Part shown: one piece after another, positions 20,346 to 29,957 of the stretch
Layout: each line of letters starts with the position of its first letter
Position numbering within the stretch: the stretch's first letter is position 1
Assembly (NCBI GenBank): GCA_938045195.1
Contig: CALINC010000139.1
Coordinates: 6,039 to 70,038 of the forward strand
Reading direction: 5' to 3'
Length of the DNA: 64,000 nucleotides
Origin: an uncultured Treponema sp.
GTDB taxonomy: Bacteria > Spirochaetota > Spirochaetia > Treponematales > Treponemataceae
Notes under the pieces: generated by a model
What the model saw: the letters and a program-made list of their open reading frames with translations, nothing else
Databases searched by the model: none
Told to the model about the DNA's origin: nothing
Translations under genes and position numbers: made by a program

Positions 20346-21191
20346 ATGAAAGACAAATTAATAAGATATCTTTACATTAGTATTGGAGTGTTAATGATTG
20401 CGGCAAGCATTCATTTTTTCTTGCTGCCGTCAAAATTTTCTTTGGGCGGAGCCACAGGAATGGCTTTAGTTCTTTCAAATTATATTCCGCTTTCGACCGG
20501 TGCTTTATTGGTTGCGGTAAATATTGTTTTATTTGCTTTAGGTTTTTTGATCATCGGAAATAAATTCGGTGTTAAAACGGTTTGTTCCAGTTTGGGACTT
20601 TCAGGTGTTGTTTGGCTTTTGGAAATTTTTGTACCCATTCAAACACCGATAGTAAATGATACTTTTTTACAGCTTGTCATTGCAGTGCTTTTATACGGAG
20701 TCGGTGTGGGGCTTGTTTTAAATCAATATGCGTCAACAGGCGGAAGCGATATTGCCGCGATGATTTTGCAAAAGTATATCGGTTTGGATTTAGGAAAGGG
20801 CTGCCTTCTTACCGATTTTGTCATTACCCTTTTTGCAGGTTTTGCTTATGGAAAAGAAATTGCCTTATTCTCACTTGTCGGTGTTATTATAAACGGAATT
20901 GTTATAGACTCAACGATAGATGGAATGAATATAAGTAAATATTGCGTTATCAATACGAATAAACCCGAAGAACTTTGCAGTTTTATACTAGAGATTGGGC
21001 GTTCGGCAAATGTTTACAAAGCTGCCGGTGCCTATACAAAAACAGAACACTCTGTTATTCAAACCGTAATGTCGCGCCGAGATTTTGTAAAATTAAAAAA
21101 TTATTTGGGTGAACATGACCCGAAAGCTTTTATGGTTGTAACAAACGCTCACTCGGTTTTCGGCTGGCATTGGCGAAGAATCGGTGAGTAA
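20346..21191 (+). CDS. YitT family membrane protein
   Basis: GGATG, ASTGGSDI and C-terminal DPKAFMVV. Confidence 0.92.
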   Translation: MKDKLIRYLYISIGVLMIAASIHFFLLPSKFSLGGATGMALVLSNYIPLSTGALLVAVNIVLFALGFLIIGNKFGVKTVCSSLGLSGVVWLLEIFVPIQTPIVNDTFLQLVIAVLLYGVGVGLVLNQYASTGGSDIAAMILQKYIGLDLGKGCLLTDFVITLFAGFAYGKEIALFSLVGVIINGIVIDSTIDGMNISKYCVINTNKPEELCSFILEIGRSANVYKAAGAYTKTEHSVIQTVMSRRDFVKLKNYLGEHDPKAFMVVTNAHSVFGWHWRRIGE

Positions 21192-21198
21192 ATGAATA

Positions 21199-22149
21199 AT
21201 GAATACGGAAGAATTGACTGCCGATTTACCGATTGAATTAACTGCTGCCGATTTTGAATTTGTAGGCAAAAATAGAAAGACCGTTCAACCGATAAGAGTA
21301 AGCATCGGCTTTTGGGAAGACGTATGCCGCCGCTTTAAGAGAAGTAAGCGGGCGCTTTTTTCTTGTGCTGTTTTGGGGCTTATTATTTTAATTTGTGTTG
21401 CAGGACCTTTTATGAATGCTCATTCCATTAACGAAGGCAATTTAAAAGAAAAAAACCTTACGCCTTCTTTGCATTTTTGGTTCGGAACGGACGAACTCGG
21501 CAGAGATTTATTTGTACGTGTTTGTTCGGGAGGAAGAGTTTCTCTTTTTATTGCACTTGCAGGAGCCTTAATAGATATGACAATCGGGCTGCTTTACGGC
21601 GGCATTTCAGCGTATGCAGGCGGAAAGACGGATACGATTATGATGAGAATAATAGAAATTCTTTCGAGTATTCCGTATTTGATTGTATCGGTTCTTATTT
21701 CTCTTATTTTCGGTAAAGGGATTTTTTCAATTATTATTGCAATGACGATTACAGGCTGGTGCTTTACAGCGCGGTTAGTGCGAGGGCAGGTTTTGCAAAT
21801 TAAAAATAAAGATTTTGTATTGGCTGCAAAAGCACTTGGAACGAGCCCGTTAAAAATTATCATCAAACACTTGCTTCCAAACACTGTAAGCGTTATGATT
21901 GTCGCCTTGACTTTTAATATTCCGTCTTTTATTTTCGGTGAAGCGTTTTTGTCATATATCGGTTTAGGTGTTCAGCCGCCTTATACCAGCTGGGGGGTAC
22001 TTGCTTCGGAAGCGCAAAAGACAATGCTGTTTTATCCGTATCAATTATTTTTTCCGGGTCTTTTTATCAGCCTAACTATTTTATCTTTGCAAATTATAGG
22101 CGACGCTTTGCGGGATGCAATGGATCCTCATTTAAGGAAGTACAAATAA
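21199..22149 (+). CDS. oppC: Oligopeptide ABC permease, OppC-like
   Basis: FWFGTDELGRD, DFVLAAKALG and EAFLSYIGLG. Confidence 0.9.
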   Translation: MNTEELTADLPIELTAADFEFVGKNRKTVQPIRVSIGFWEDVCRRFKRSKRALFSCAVLGLIILICVAGPFMNAHSINEGNLKEKNLTPSLHFWFGTDELGRDLFVRVCSGGRVSLFIALAGALIDMTIGLLYGGISAYAGGKTDTIMMRIIEILSSIPYLIVSVLISLIFGKGIFSIIIAMTITGWCFTARLVRGQVLQIKNKDFVLAAKALGTSPLKIIIKHLLPNTVSVMIVALTFNIPSFIFGEAFLSYIGLGVQPPYTSWGVLASEAQKTMLFYPYQLFFPGLFISLTILSLQIIGDALRDAMDPHLRKYK

Positions 22150-22150
22150 T

Positions 22151-23140
22151 ATGCCTCTGTTACGAATTGAAAACCTCGCCGTTACTTTTCAAACCTATGC
22201 AGGGACGATTTATGCCGTCAATGGAATTTCTTTTGATGTAAATGAAAATGAAACTCTTGTAATAGTCGGAGAATCGGGTTGCGGAAAAAGCGTTACTGCT
22301 CATTCAATTGTACGCCTCCTTCCCGGGAAAAAAACACGCATAAGTGAAAAATCTAAAATTATTTTTGAAGGAAAAAATCTTTTGGAATTCTCCGAAAAAG
22401 AAATGGAAGCAATCCGCGGCAGCGAAATTTCGATGGTGTTTCAAGACCCTTTAAGTTATTTAAACCCGACAATGACAATCGGCAATCAAGTGATGGAAAG
22501 CATTGTAATTCACGAGAATGTAAGCGCAAAAGAAGCCCGCAGACGAGCCATTAAAATTTTAGAGCTTGCACAAATTTCAAATCCCGAAAAAAGATTAAAA
22601 CAATATCCGTATGAATTTTCAGGCGGAATGCGGCAGCGGGTTATGATAGCCATTGCATTGGCATGTAATCCTAAAATATTAATAGCCGACGAACCGACGA
22701 CGGCTTTAGATGTAACAATTCAAGCTGAAATTTTAGAGCTTATTCAAAAAATTCAAAAAGAAACGAAAACCGCCGTTATTTTAATAACCCATGATTTAGG
22801 CATTGCGGCAGAAGTTGCCGATAGAATTCAAGTTATGTATGCCGGAGAAATTATAGAACGCGGCTATGCCCGTGAGATTTTTAAAAATCATAAACACCCG
22901 TACACAAAAGCTCTGCTTGCAGCTGTGCCTTCCGTTGCTCAATTAAAAGAAAAAAAACTGTATGCTCCTGACGGAAGCCATCCCGATATGCTAGAAAAAC
23001 CGAGAGGCTGTTCATTTGCCGAACGCTGTAATAAATGTATGAAAGTTTGTCTTGAACGCAAGCCTCCCGAAATGTCCGCCGGCAGAGAACATTTTGCACG
23101 CTGCTGGCTTTTACATCCGCTTGCCCATAATGAATGTTAA
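22151..23140 (+). CDS. oppD: Oligopeptide ABC ATPase, OppD-like
   Basis: GESGCGKS, YPYEFSGGMRQR, ADEPTTALDVTIQA, HPYT and a Cys-containing C-terminus. Confidence 0.92.
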   Translation: MPLLRIENLAVTFQTYAGTIYAVNGISFDVNENETLVIVGESGCGKSVTAHSIVRLLPGKKTRISEKSKIIFEGKNLLEFSEKEMEAIRGSEISMVFQDPLSYLNPTMTIGNQVMESIVIHENVSAKEARRRAIKILELAQISNPEKRLKQYPYEFSGGMRQRVMIAIALACNPKILIADEPTTALDVTIQAEILELIQKIQKETKTAVILITHDLGIAAEVADRIQVMYAGEIIERGYAREIFKNHKHPYTKALLAAVPSVAQLKEKKLYAPDGSHPDMLEKPRGCSFAERCNKCMKVCLERKPPEMSAGREHFARCWLLHPLAHNEC

Positions 23141-23243
23141 CTCATACATCGTTTCAATCTTGTAATTATTATACTAAACAATCTCTTGAATTTTTCCGTT
23201 TATTCAATTATACTTTTTAAATATTCATTCTTCGAGGTATACT

Positions 23244-26078
23244 ATGAATGTTTACAGATTTTCCGTAGAACTTAAAAAGAACGATTTTATCGAAATTCCT
23301 GAAAATTCGAATTTGAAAGAACAAGCAAAAATTTTGCGGTTCGATACTATCGAAAAGATTGTAAAAAAGCAACTGTATTTTGTACGCGGAAATCTTTCCG
23401 CTTCTGAAAAAAAAGCCCTTGCCGAATTTTTATTTTGCGATGAGCTTTATGAATATTGCGAAACTGAAGACTTCCAAAAAAATACGGGCAAAGATGTTCA
23501 CCATATAGAAACTGCGTTAAAACCGGGCGTAACCGATTCATCTTCACGCGAAGCCTTGCGCGCTGTTAAAGAACTTGGCATTAACGGTGTTGAAGAAATA
23601 ACAAGCGGAACTGCTTACGATATAACAGGAAATTTAAGCGAAGCCGATTTACACCGTCTCGCAAAAAATCTTTTGTGCAATGATGTAATCGAGCAATATA
23701 AAATCGGTTTTATCGAACCAGCATGGACTTGCGAAAATAAGCCGAATGCGGCAGTGGAAACTTTTGACATTGCCTCGATGAACGATGATGAACTTTTGAA
23801 TTTATCGAAAGAAAGACGTTCTGCTCTGGACTTAAAAGAAATGCAGGAAATCCGCAGATATTACAAAGAGGCAAAAAAACTTTGTACCGACGCAGAATTT
23901 GAAACAATTGCACAAACTTGGAGCGAGCACTGCGTGCATAAAACATTTAAAGCCAAAATTGATATTGACAAAAATTCTTTAAATGAAGAACAAAAGAAAG
24001 CGTATCCCGATTTTTGTGTGAACAGCGTAATTAAAACCTATATCAAAAAAGCTACCGACGAAATAAATGCTCCTTGGGTTTTATCGGCATTTGTAGACAA
24101 TGCGGGTATAATTGAATTTGATGAGAAGTATGAAATTTCGTTTAAGGCTGAAACACATAATCACCCGTCTGCTATCGAACCTTTCGGCGGTGCAAATACG
24201 GGTGTCGGCGGCGTTATCCGCGATGTTATGGGGGTTTCCGCACGGCCTTTCGCCGTAACGGATGTTTTATGTTTTGGTTTGCCCGATACGCTGCCCGAAA
24301 AAGTTCCTGAGGGAACGCTGCATCCTAAGCGGATAATTTCAGGCGTTATTGAGGGTGTAAAAGATTACGGAAATAAAATGGGCATTCCGACAGTAAACGG
24401 CGGTGTCCATTATCACGAAGCATACGGTTCAAATCCGCTAGTGTATTGCGGTTGTGCAGGAATTGCGCCGCGCGGAACTCACCGCACAAAAGCGGCAAAA
24501 GGAGACCGCATTATTTCTCTAGGCGGAAAAACAGGACGCGACGGTTTACGGGGGGCAACATTTTCTTCTATGGTGATGGATGCAAGTACGGGCGATGTTG
24601 CCGGCTCTTCAGTGCAAATAGGAGAGCCGATTATTCAAAAAAAAGTTGCCGAAGTGCTTTTAACCGCACGCGATAAAGGAATCTATTCTGCAATTACCGA
24701 CTGCGGTGCCGGCGGCTATTCTTCAGCTGTGGGCGAAATGGCTTCGGTATTAGGCTGCGATGTAGAATTATCCCGCGTTCCCGTAAAATATGCCGGTCTT
24801 ACGCCTTGGGAAATCTGGCTTTCGGAAGCACAGGAGCGCATGGTAATTGCAGTTCCGGAAGAAAAACTCGATAGCTTAAAAAAGCTTTGTATTGAGAATG
24901 ATGTGGAACTCACCGATTTGGGATATTTTACCGGCGACGGTATTTTAACGGTTCGTTTTAACGGAAAAAAAATAATTGATATTGACTGCGGTTTTTTACA
25001 TTCAGGGCCGCCTCAACGCCGGTTAAAAGCTGCTGCACCTCAAGCCGATAACGGCAGTGCTTACCGCATAACATATCCTGAATATAAAAAGCCCGATTTT
25101 AAAACGGCATTACAGGCGATATTACGGCATCACGCAGTTGCGTCAAAAGAAGATATTGTACGGCTTTATGACCATGAAGTTCAGGGCGGAACAATCTTGC
25201 GTCCGTATAGCGGAAATTGCGGAAACATTCCCCAAGATGCCGCTGTTGTAAAACCGATGGAAACGGAGGGGAAAAAAGCCGCCGCAATTTCCAACGGCTT
25301 TAATCCGAGACAAGGTTCGGCAGACCCGTACCGTGCGGCAGCTTCCGTAATTGACGAAGCCGTCAGAAATGCCGTTGCAGCAGGAGCCGACCCTGCACGT
25401 ACGGCAATTCTCGATAACTTTTGTTTAGGCGACCCGAACCGTCCCGAAACAATGTGGGCGTTAATCGAAATGTGCCGCTCCTGTTATGAAACGGCAACTG
25501 CATTCGGCACTCCTTTTATTTCAGGTAAAGATTCATTTAATAATGAATATCTTACTTCGGACGGCAAGCGGGTTTCAATTCCGCCGTCGCTTTTAATTTC
25601 TGCAATAGGGATAGTTCCTGATATTGCAAAAGTTCCCGGCACGGAATTCAAGGCTAAGGGTTCAAGCATTTATCTCGCAGGGATGCCGGAATTCGGTTTC
25701 GGCGGTTCGGTCTTTGCCGAGCTTTTCGGTTTGCCCGATGATATGCCGAAAGCTCAAGCCGCTCAAGTTCCGCCTTTTAAAAAGGAGTCGGTTATCCTTT
25801 ACAAAAAACTTCACCATGCCATTTCGGCAGGATCGGTTTCGGCTTGCCACGATGTAAGCGAAGGGGGGCTTGCCGTTACTTTACATGAAATGAGCCTTGA
25901 TGGAATTACAGCTTCATTAAAAAAAGGATTAAATACCATGCTCAATGTTACCGAAACAGCTCTTTTCTTCGGCGAAACTACAGGCTGTCTGGTCGTAGAA
26001 ATTCCGCAAGAAAAAAAAGCCGAATTTGAAAAAGTTATGGCGGGTTCTGCAATTTACGAAATCGGCATAACGGAATAA
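23244..26078 (+). CDS. purL: Phosphoribosylformylglycinamidine synthase synthetase subunit with PurS-like N-terminal extension and no glutaminase domain
   Basis: QTWSEHCVHK, KAETHNHPS, GANTGVGG, DCGAGG, SEAQERM, ISGKDS and HDVSEGGL. N-terminal KPGVTD...LLCNDVIE. Confidence 0.93.
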   Translation: MNVYRFSVELKKNDFIEIPENSNLKEQAKILRFDTIEKIVKKQLYFVRGNLSASEKKALAEFLFCDELYEYCETEDFQKNTGKDVHHIETALKPGVTDSSSREALRAVKELGINGVEEITSGTAYDITGNLSEADLHRLAKNLLCNDVIEQYKIGFIEPAWTCENKPNAAVETFDIASMNDDELLNLSKERRSALDLKEMQEIRRYYKEAKKLCTDAEFETIAQTWSEHCVHKTFKAKIDIDKNSLNEEQKKAYPDFCVNSVIKTYIKKATDEINAPWVLSAFVDNAGIIEFDEKYEISFKAETHNHPSAIEPFGGANTGVGGVIRDVMGVSARPFAVTDVLCFGLPDTLPEKVPEGTLHPKRIISGVIEGVKDYGNKMGIPTVNGGVHYHEAYGSNPLVYCGCAGIAPRGTHRTKAAKGDRIISLGGKTGRDGLRGATFSSMVMDASTGDVAGSSVQIGEPIIQKKVAEVLLTARDKGIYSAITDCGAGGYSSAVGEMASVLGCDVELSRVPVKYAGLTPWEIWLSEAQERMVIAVPEEKLDSLKKLCIENDVELTDLGYFTGDGILTVRFNGKKIIDIDCGFLHSGPPQRRLKAAAPQADNGSAYRITYPEYKKPDFKTALQAILRHHAVASKEDIVRLYDHEVQGGTILRPYSGNCGNIPQDAAVVKPMETEGKKAAAISNGFNPRQGSADPYRAAASVIDEAVRNAVAAGADPARTAILDNFCLGDPNRPETMWALIEMCRSCYETATAFGTPFISGKDSFNNEYLTSDGKRVSIPPSLLISAIGIVPDIAKVPGTEFKAKGSSIYLAGMPEFGFGGSVFAELFGLPDDMPKAQAAQVPPFKKESVILYKKLHHAISAGSVSACHDVSEGGLAVTLHEMSLDGITASLKKGLNTMLNVTETALFFGETTGCLVVEIPQEKKAEFEKVMAGSAIYEIGITE

Positions 26079-26082
26079 TGGT

Positions 26083-26124
26083 ATAACCTGCTGTGTTGCG
26101 ATAAATCAAACGGCAGGTTATTTT
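26083..26124 (+). terminator. Intrinsic terminator after purL
   Basis: ataacctgc...gcaggttat followed by a T run. Confidence 0.6.
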
Positions 26125-26184
26125 ACCGGCTTTAAATTATACTAGGGCATCTTGTGAAAAAACTAGGTTATATTTTTAATCTTG

Positions 26185-26247
26185 ATTCGTGCGGAGGGTT
26201 TAATACCCGCCGTTCTTCGGCTACGCTCTGCGTCGGGGTTGTTGATT
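26185..26247 (+). repeat. Short copy of a hairpin MITE-like repeat
   Basis: attcgtgcggagggtttaataccc...tacgctctgcgtcggggttgttgatt, shared with 42672-42829 and 55068-55138. Confidence 0.85.
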
Positions 26248-29245
26248 AAATTTTCGCCGTCATAATCTGATTAGGCAAAATATCTTTTACGTTTGCTCGA
26301 AGTGAAATTGCAGCATCGGATGCAAGTATAACGGACGAAAGATTATCCTTATTCTGCAGCAATTTTTTTGCACACGAACGTAAATCTTCAGCAGAAATTT
26401 CAAACATATATTGAATTGATTTCTTTTTCATTTTATATGAAATCCCTGAAAGAATATCTTTAAATGCGGAAAAACCTTTACCCGCAGGAGTTAAAGGCGT
26501 AACTATTTTTCCGTAACGCCCCGTAATTAAACGTTCAATTTCTTTTTCGCTAAAATTTTCTTTGAGCGTTTGTTCAATCGAATTTAAAAATTCTCTTAAC
26601 GAATTTACAGGATTCGGGTCGCGGTATGAGACAAAACTCAAATAACCTTCGCTCTTCATCGGCACCGTAAAGGCTCCGTATGCTCCGCCTATACTGCGAA
26701 TTTTTTCCCACAATGGTACATTTGAAAGCCATCTGCCTAAAATGTCTTCTGCCGCTTGTTGCTTTGTACCGAAAGAAGCCGCTTTAAATGTTGCAACTGC
26801 AAAGCCGACTTGCAACGAAGCGGGAATAAGTTCCAATCTGTTTTTCTCGCCCTCTGCAAATTTAAAATTATTTTCAAAAACGGAAGTCTTTTTTTGTATC
26901 GGTGCAGAAAATCCGTGCAAATTTTTTTGTAATGCTTTTGTTAATTCGGCAATATTATTTTTTGTGCCTGTAATTTCTATAAGCATACCCGACGATAAAA
27001 CTTGCTTATAAAGTGAAGAAAGTTTTTCAATTAAGGAATTCATATTTTTTTCATTCTTAATTTCGGAAGAAAGTGTCCGTAAAAAATTAAGTTGTGAAAT
27101 ACCCGAAATAATTTCGAGCTTTGCATTTTTTGGCGAAAGCGGTGCATTTGCCCGCAGCATTGCAAGAGAATTTCCTTCAAGAGCCGGTAAATTTTCAAAA
27201 TCATTTTTACACTGAATTACCAAATCGGTCAGCCGTTTTTTATCATCGAAAGAAACTGAGCTTAATAAATTAAAAATAAAATCAACGGCTTTCGGAATTA
27301 ATTCTCCAAGTATTTTACCTGAAAGAATTAACCAATCTCTTCCGCAGATTTGTTCAATAGTTAATGCGCCGGTAGTTTGTAAAATTGGAATTTCAGGATT
27401 TTGCGGCATTGTAACTATGCTTGCCGAAGCACCGACCCCGCCGAATAAACTTGCGAGTTCGGAAGACACTTCGCTCCATGAAAGTTTATCGGTACCCATG
27501 CCGGTAATGCACGCAGCCAAAAGGATGAGGTAATTGTATTCGTCTTTTGAAAAATTATCAATCGGAAATGCAAATTGAAAATATCCTATTTCGTTTGTAG
27601 GTTGTTCATGCAAAACTATGGGGATGCCGTTGATAAAAATTAATTCTTCGGGAATCGGCTCCGGAATAGGAGGCAAATCCTTTATTGCCAAATTGGGAAT
27701 AAGTGCAAGTTTTTCGGGGCTGTCGGGAGTTTGTTTAAACATATTCGCTGCTTCCTGTTCTTTCAGCATTGCCTCCCGTATTTCGGATGTTAATGTTTTC
27801 TCAAAAGACTCGGCACGCTTGCGCAAACTTTCATCCAAATCATTACAAAATTCGGAATCGGGATAAATTTCGGTAAGAGCATGATGCGTATTATCAATCA
27901 AATATTTTTGAATTAAGTTTTCAACATAACGGTCTTTGCAGGCTATTTCTTTTTTTAATTTTTCAAAAGCGGGAACATACTGAAGCGTTTTTTCGGGATT
28001 TCTTCCATACGACCAGCCTGTCATTGCCCGTTCCATAAGAGAAATTCCAAAAGGTCCGTAATTTCTTTTTATTTCTCTTATACTAAATTCTATCGAATGA
28101 AGAGCTGTTTCAATTTCTTTTTTAGGTATTCCGGCTTCAACTAAATTTTTTAGAGCGTCAAAAACGATAGATTTAAATTTATTTTTTCTGCTTTTTTTTA
28201 CACCTTTTACTCCGAATGTTAAGATAATATTCCGTATGTTGCGGCTTACTCCGTTATATGGATACAGGTCTTCTGCAAAATCGGAAGATAAGAAAATTTT
28301 GTTCAAATAAGCACCGTTATGTCCGATTAAAATTTCGCCGATTAAATAAGCCTCCATTAGTTTTTCCGTCTCAAAAGATTCCGGTAAGAGCCAATTCAGC
28401 ATAACTGAATTTTTTAGTCCGCTGTCAGTTTCACTTACAGGAGCCGGTACTAAAAAATCAAGCGGTTTTTTATAAGGCATTATGGGCGGCGGAAAATCCG
28501 GTTTATCGGCAGCCTCAAATTTGCAAAGAAATTTTTCTTCCAAAAATTTCATTTGTTTTTCGGTAGGGATATTTCCCATTAAAAAGATTCTGCAATTTAC
28601 GGGATGATAATATTTTTTGTGAAAGTCTTTATATTGCTCATACGTTAGATTTGGAATTTCTAGCGGGCTGCCCCCTGAATCGTTTGCATAAATACTGCCT
28701 TGGCAAACCGAAGCTTGCGCCCATTCATATATCACGCTGTCAAAGTCGGAATAATTTGCACGCATTTCATTTAATACAACACCTTGTACACTCACCTTTC
28801 CGTCTTCGTTTATTTCAAAGCGGTGCCCTTCTTGTTTAAAAGCCCACTCCGCAAGGTTCGGAAAAAAGACAGCATCTCCGTAGACGGACATTAAATTAAA
28901 ATAGTCGGCTTCAACAATGGAGCTGGCAGGATAAACCGTTTTGTCGGGATAAGTTATTGCATTTAAAAAAGTGTTTACGCTTTGTTTTGCTAAAACCATA
29001 AAGGGGTCTTTTAAAGGATAATTTTTTGAACCGCATAGAACAGTGTGTTCTATAATGTGCGCCGTTCCGGTAGAATCCTGTGGTGTCGTAATAAAATTAT
29101 ACGAGAATAAATTTTCATTATCATCATTTAAAATGTGATAAAGTTCCAAACCTGTTTTTTTGTGACGGGCATAAATTCCTACTGCATTAAATTCGGGCAG
29201 AGAATTTTTACTTATAATTTCAAAACCATGAATTAAGCCGCTCAT
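26246..29245 (-). CDS. Insulinase family M16C metallopeptidase (PreP-like)
   Basis: Inverted zinc motif HIIEH, CGSKNYPLKDPF, FLNAITYPDKT, GVVLNEM, IRSIGGAYG and SYRDP. Confidence 0.95.
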   Translation of the reverse strand: MSGLIHGFEIISKNSLPEFNAVGIYARHKKTGLELYHILNDDNENLFSYNFITTPQDSTGTAHIIEHTVLCGSKNYPLKDPFMVLAKQSVNTFLNAITYPDKTVYPASSIVEADYFNLMSVYGDAVFFPNLAEWAFKQEGHRFEINEDGKVSVQGVVLNEMRANYSDFDSVIYEWAQASVCQGSIYANDSGGSPLEIPNLTYEQYKDFHKKYYHPVNCRIFLMGNIPTEKQMKFLEEKFLCKFEAADKPDFPPPIMPYKKPLDFLVPAPVSETDSGLKNSVMLNWLLPESFETEKLMEAYLIGEILIGHNGAYLNKIFLSSDFAEDLYPYNGVSRNIRNIILTFGVKGVKKSRKNKFKSIVFDALKNLVEAGIPKKEIETALHSIEFSIREIKRNYGPFGISLMERAMTGWSYGRNPEKTLQYVPAFEKLKKEIACKDRYVENLIQKYLIDNTHHALTEIYPDSEFCNDLDESLRKRAESFEKTLTSEIREAMLKEQEAANMFKQTPDSPEKLALIPNLAIKDLPPIPEPIPEELIFINGIPIVLHEQPTNEIGYFQFAFPIDNFSKDEYNYLILLAACITGMGTDKLSWSEVSSELASLFGGVGASASIVTMPQNPEIPILQTTGALTIEQICGRDWLILSGKILGELIPKAVDFIFNLLSSVSFDDKKRLTDLVIQCKNDFENLPALEGNSLAMLRANAPLSPKNAKLEIISGISQLNFLRTLSSEIKNEKNMNSLIEKLSSLYKQVLSSGMLIEITGTKNNIAELTKALQKNLHGFSAPIQKKTSVFENNFKFAEGEKNRLELIPASLQVGFAVATFKAASFGTKQQAAEDILGRWLSNVPLWEKIRSIGGAYGAFTVPMKSEGYLSFVSYRDPNPVNSLREFLNSIEQTLKENFSEKEIERLITGRYGKIVTPLTPAGKGFSAFKDILSGISYKMKKKSIQYMFEISAEDLRSCAKKLLQNKDNLSSVILASDAAISLRANVKDILPNQIMTAKI

Positions 29246-29871
29246 AATAATTCCTTATACTTTTTGTTTCGGATTTAAGATGAGTACTTTAGCGTAATAA
29301 CACAAAAATTTCAAGGGTGATATTTTTGATTGAGACGACGCAAGAGACAGGTTATACGGTAATTATCAAATGTAGACCATCTTAAAAAATACGTGCCGGA
29401 TTTTTTAAGATGCCTCAATCTGCAAAACCCGATAAAAAAAGCGATAAGATAGCGGCTTTTAAAGCGGACAAACCTGAAATTTGAACAATATGGCCAAAAC
29501 ACCGGTATTCGGAAAGTAAAAACCTTTATGCCGATTGTCTGTAAAGAGGCAGCTTATGCGCAATAGGTTTAACGCTGCCTTAGTTCTGGTTCTTTTAAAA
29601 ACAGAGCGAAAAAAATCATTACCGTACATTCAAACCTGATGGATAGCTAAAGTGGAGAGAATATGAAGTTTTCGTTTGGAGCGGAACATATAAAAATTCT
29701 ATCATAATTGTCATTTATGTAAATATGCACAACGGAGGCAAAGATGTTAATAGTCTGTATACAATAGTTCTTTTGAGGCAGGCGGTTTCAAAAATATTAC
29801 ACAGACAAACGGCAGAAGGGGCTACGCCTTCCCGACTGGGAGCGGAGCGGCGATACAATTTTCGTTTCATA

Positions 29872-29900
29872 TAGACATTTTTCATAAAATATGCTATTTT
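29872..29900 (+). promoter_or_regulatory. Candidate sigma70 promoter for the giant DGC pair
   Basis: TAGACA-17 bp-TATTTT with TGn extension. Confidence 0.4.
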
Positions 29901-29957
29901 TAATATGAACTTATTTTTTTGCAGTGTAAATATTACATACCAATAGTTAGTTATTTT

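Noticed and set aside
29808..29840. att-site duplicate of the tRNA-Pro 3' end
   Set aside because: Similarity to 40653-40690 is short and gapped, and there is no integrase.
29780..29870. c-di-GMP riboswitch upstream of the DGC genes
   Set aside because: GACAAAC only loosely recalls the GEMM motif; the GNRA loop, receptor and P1 pairing could not be built.
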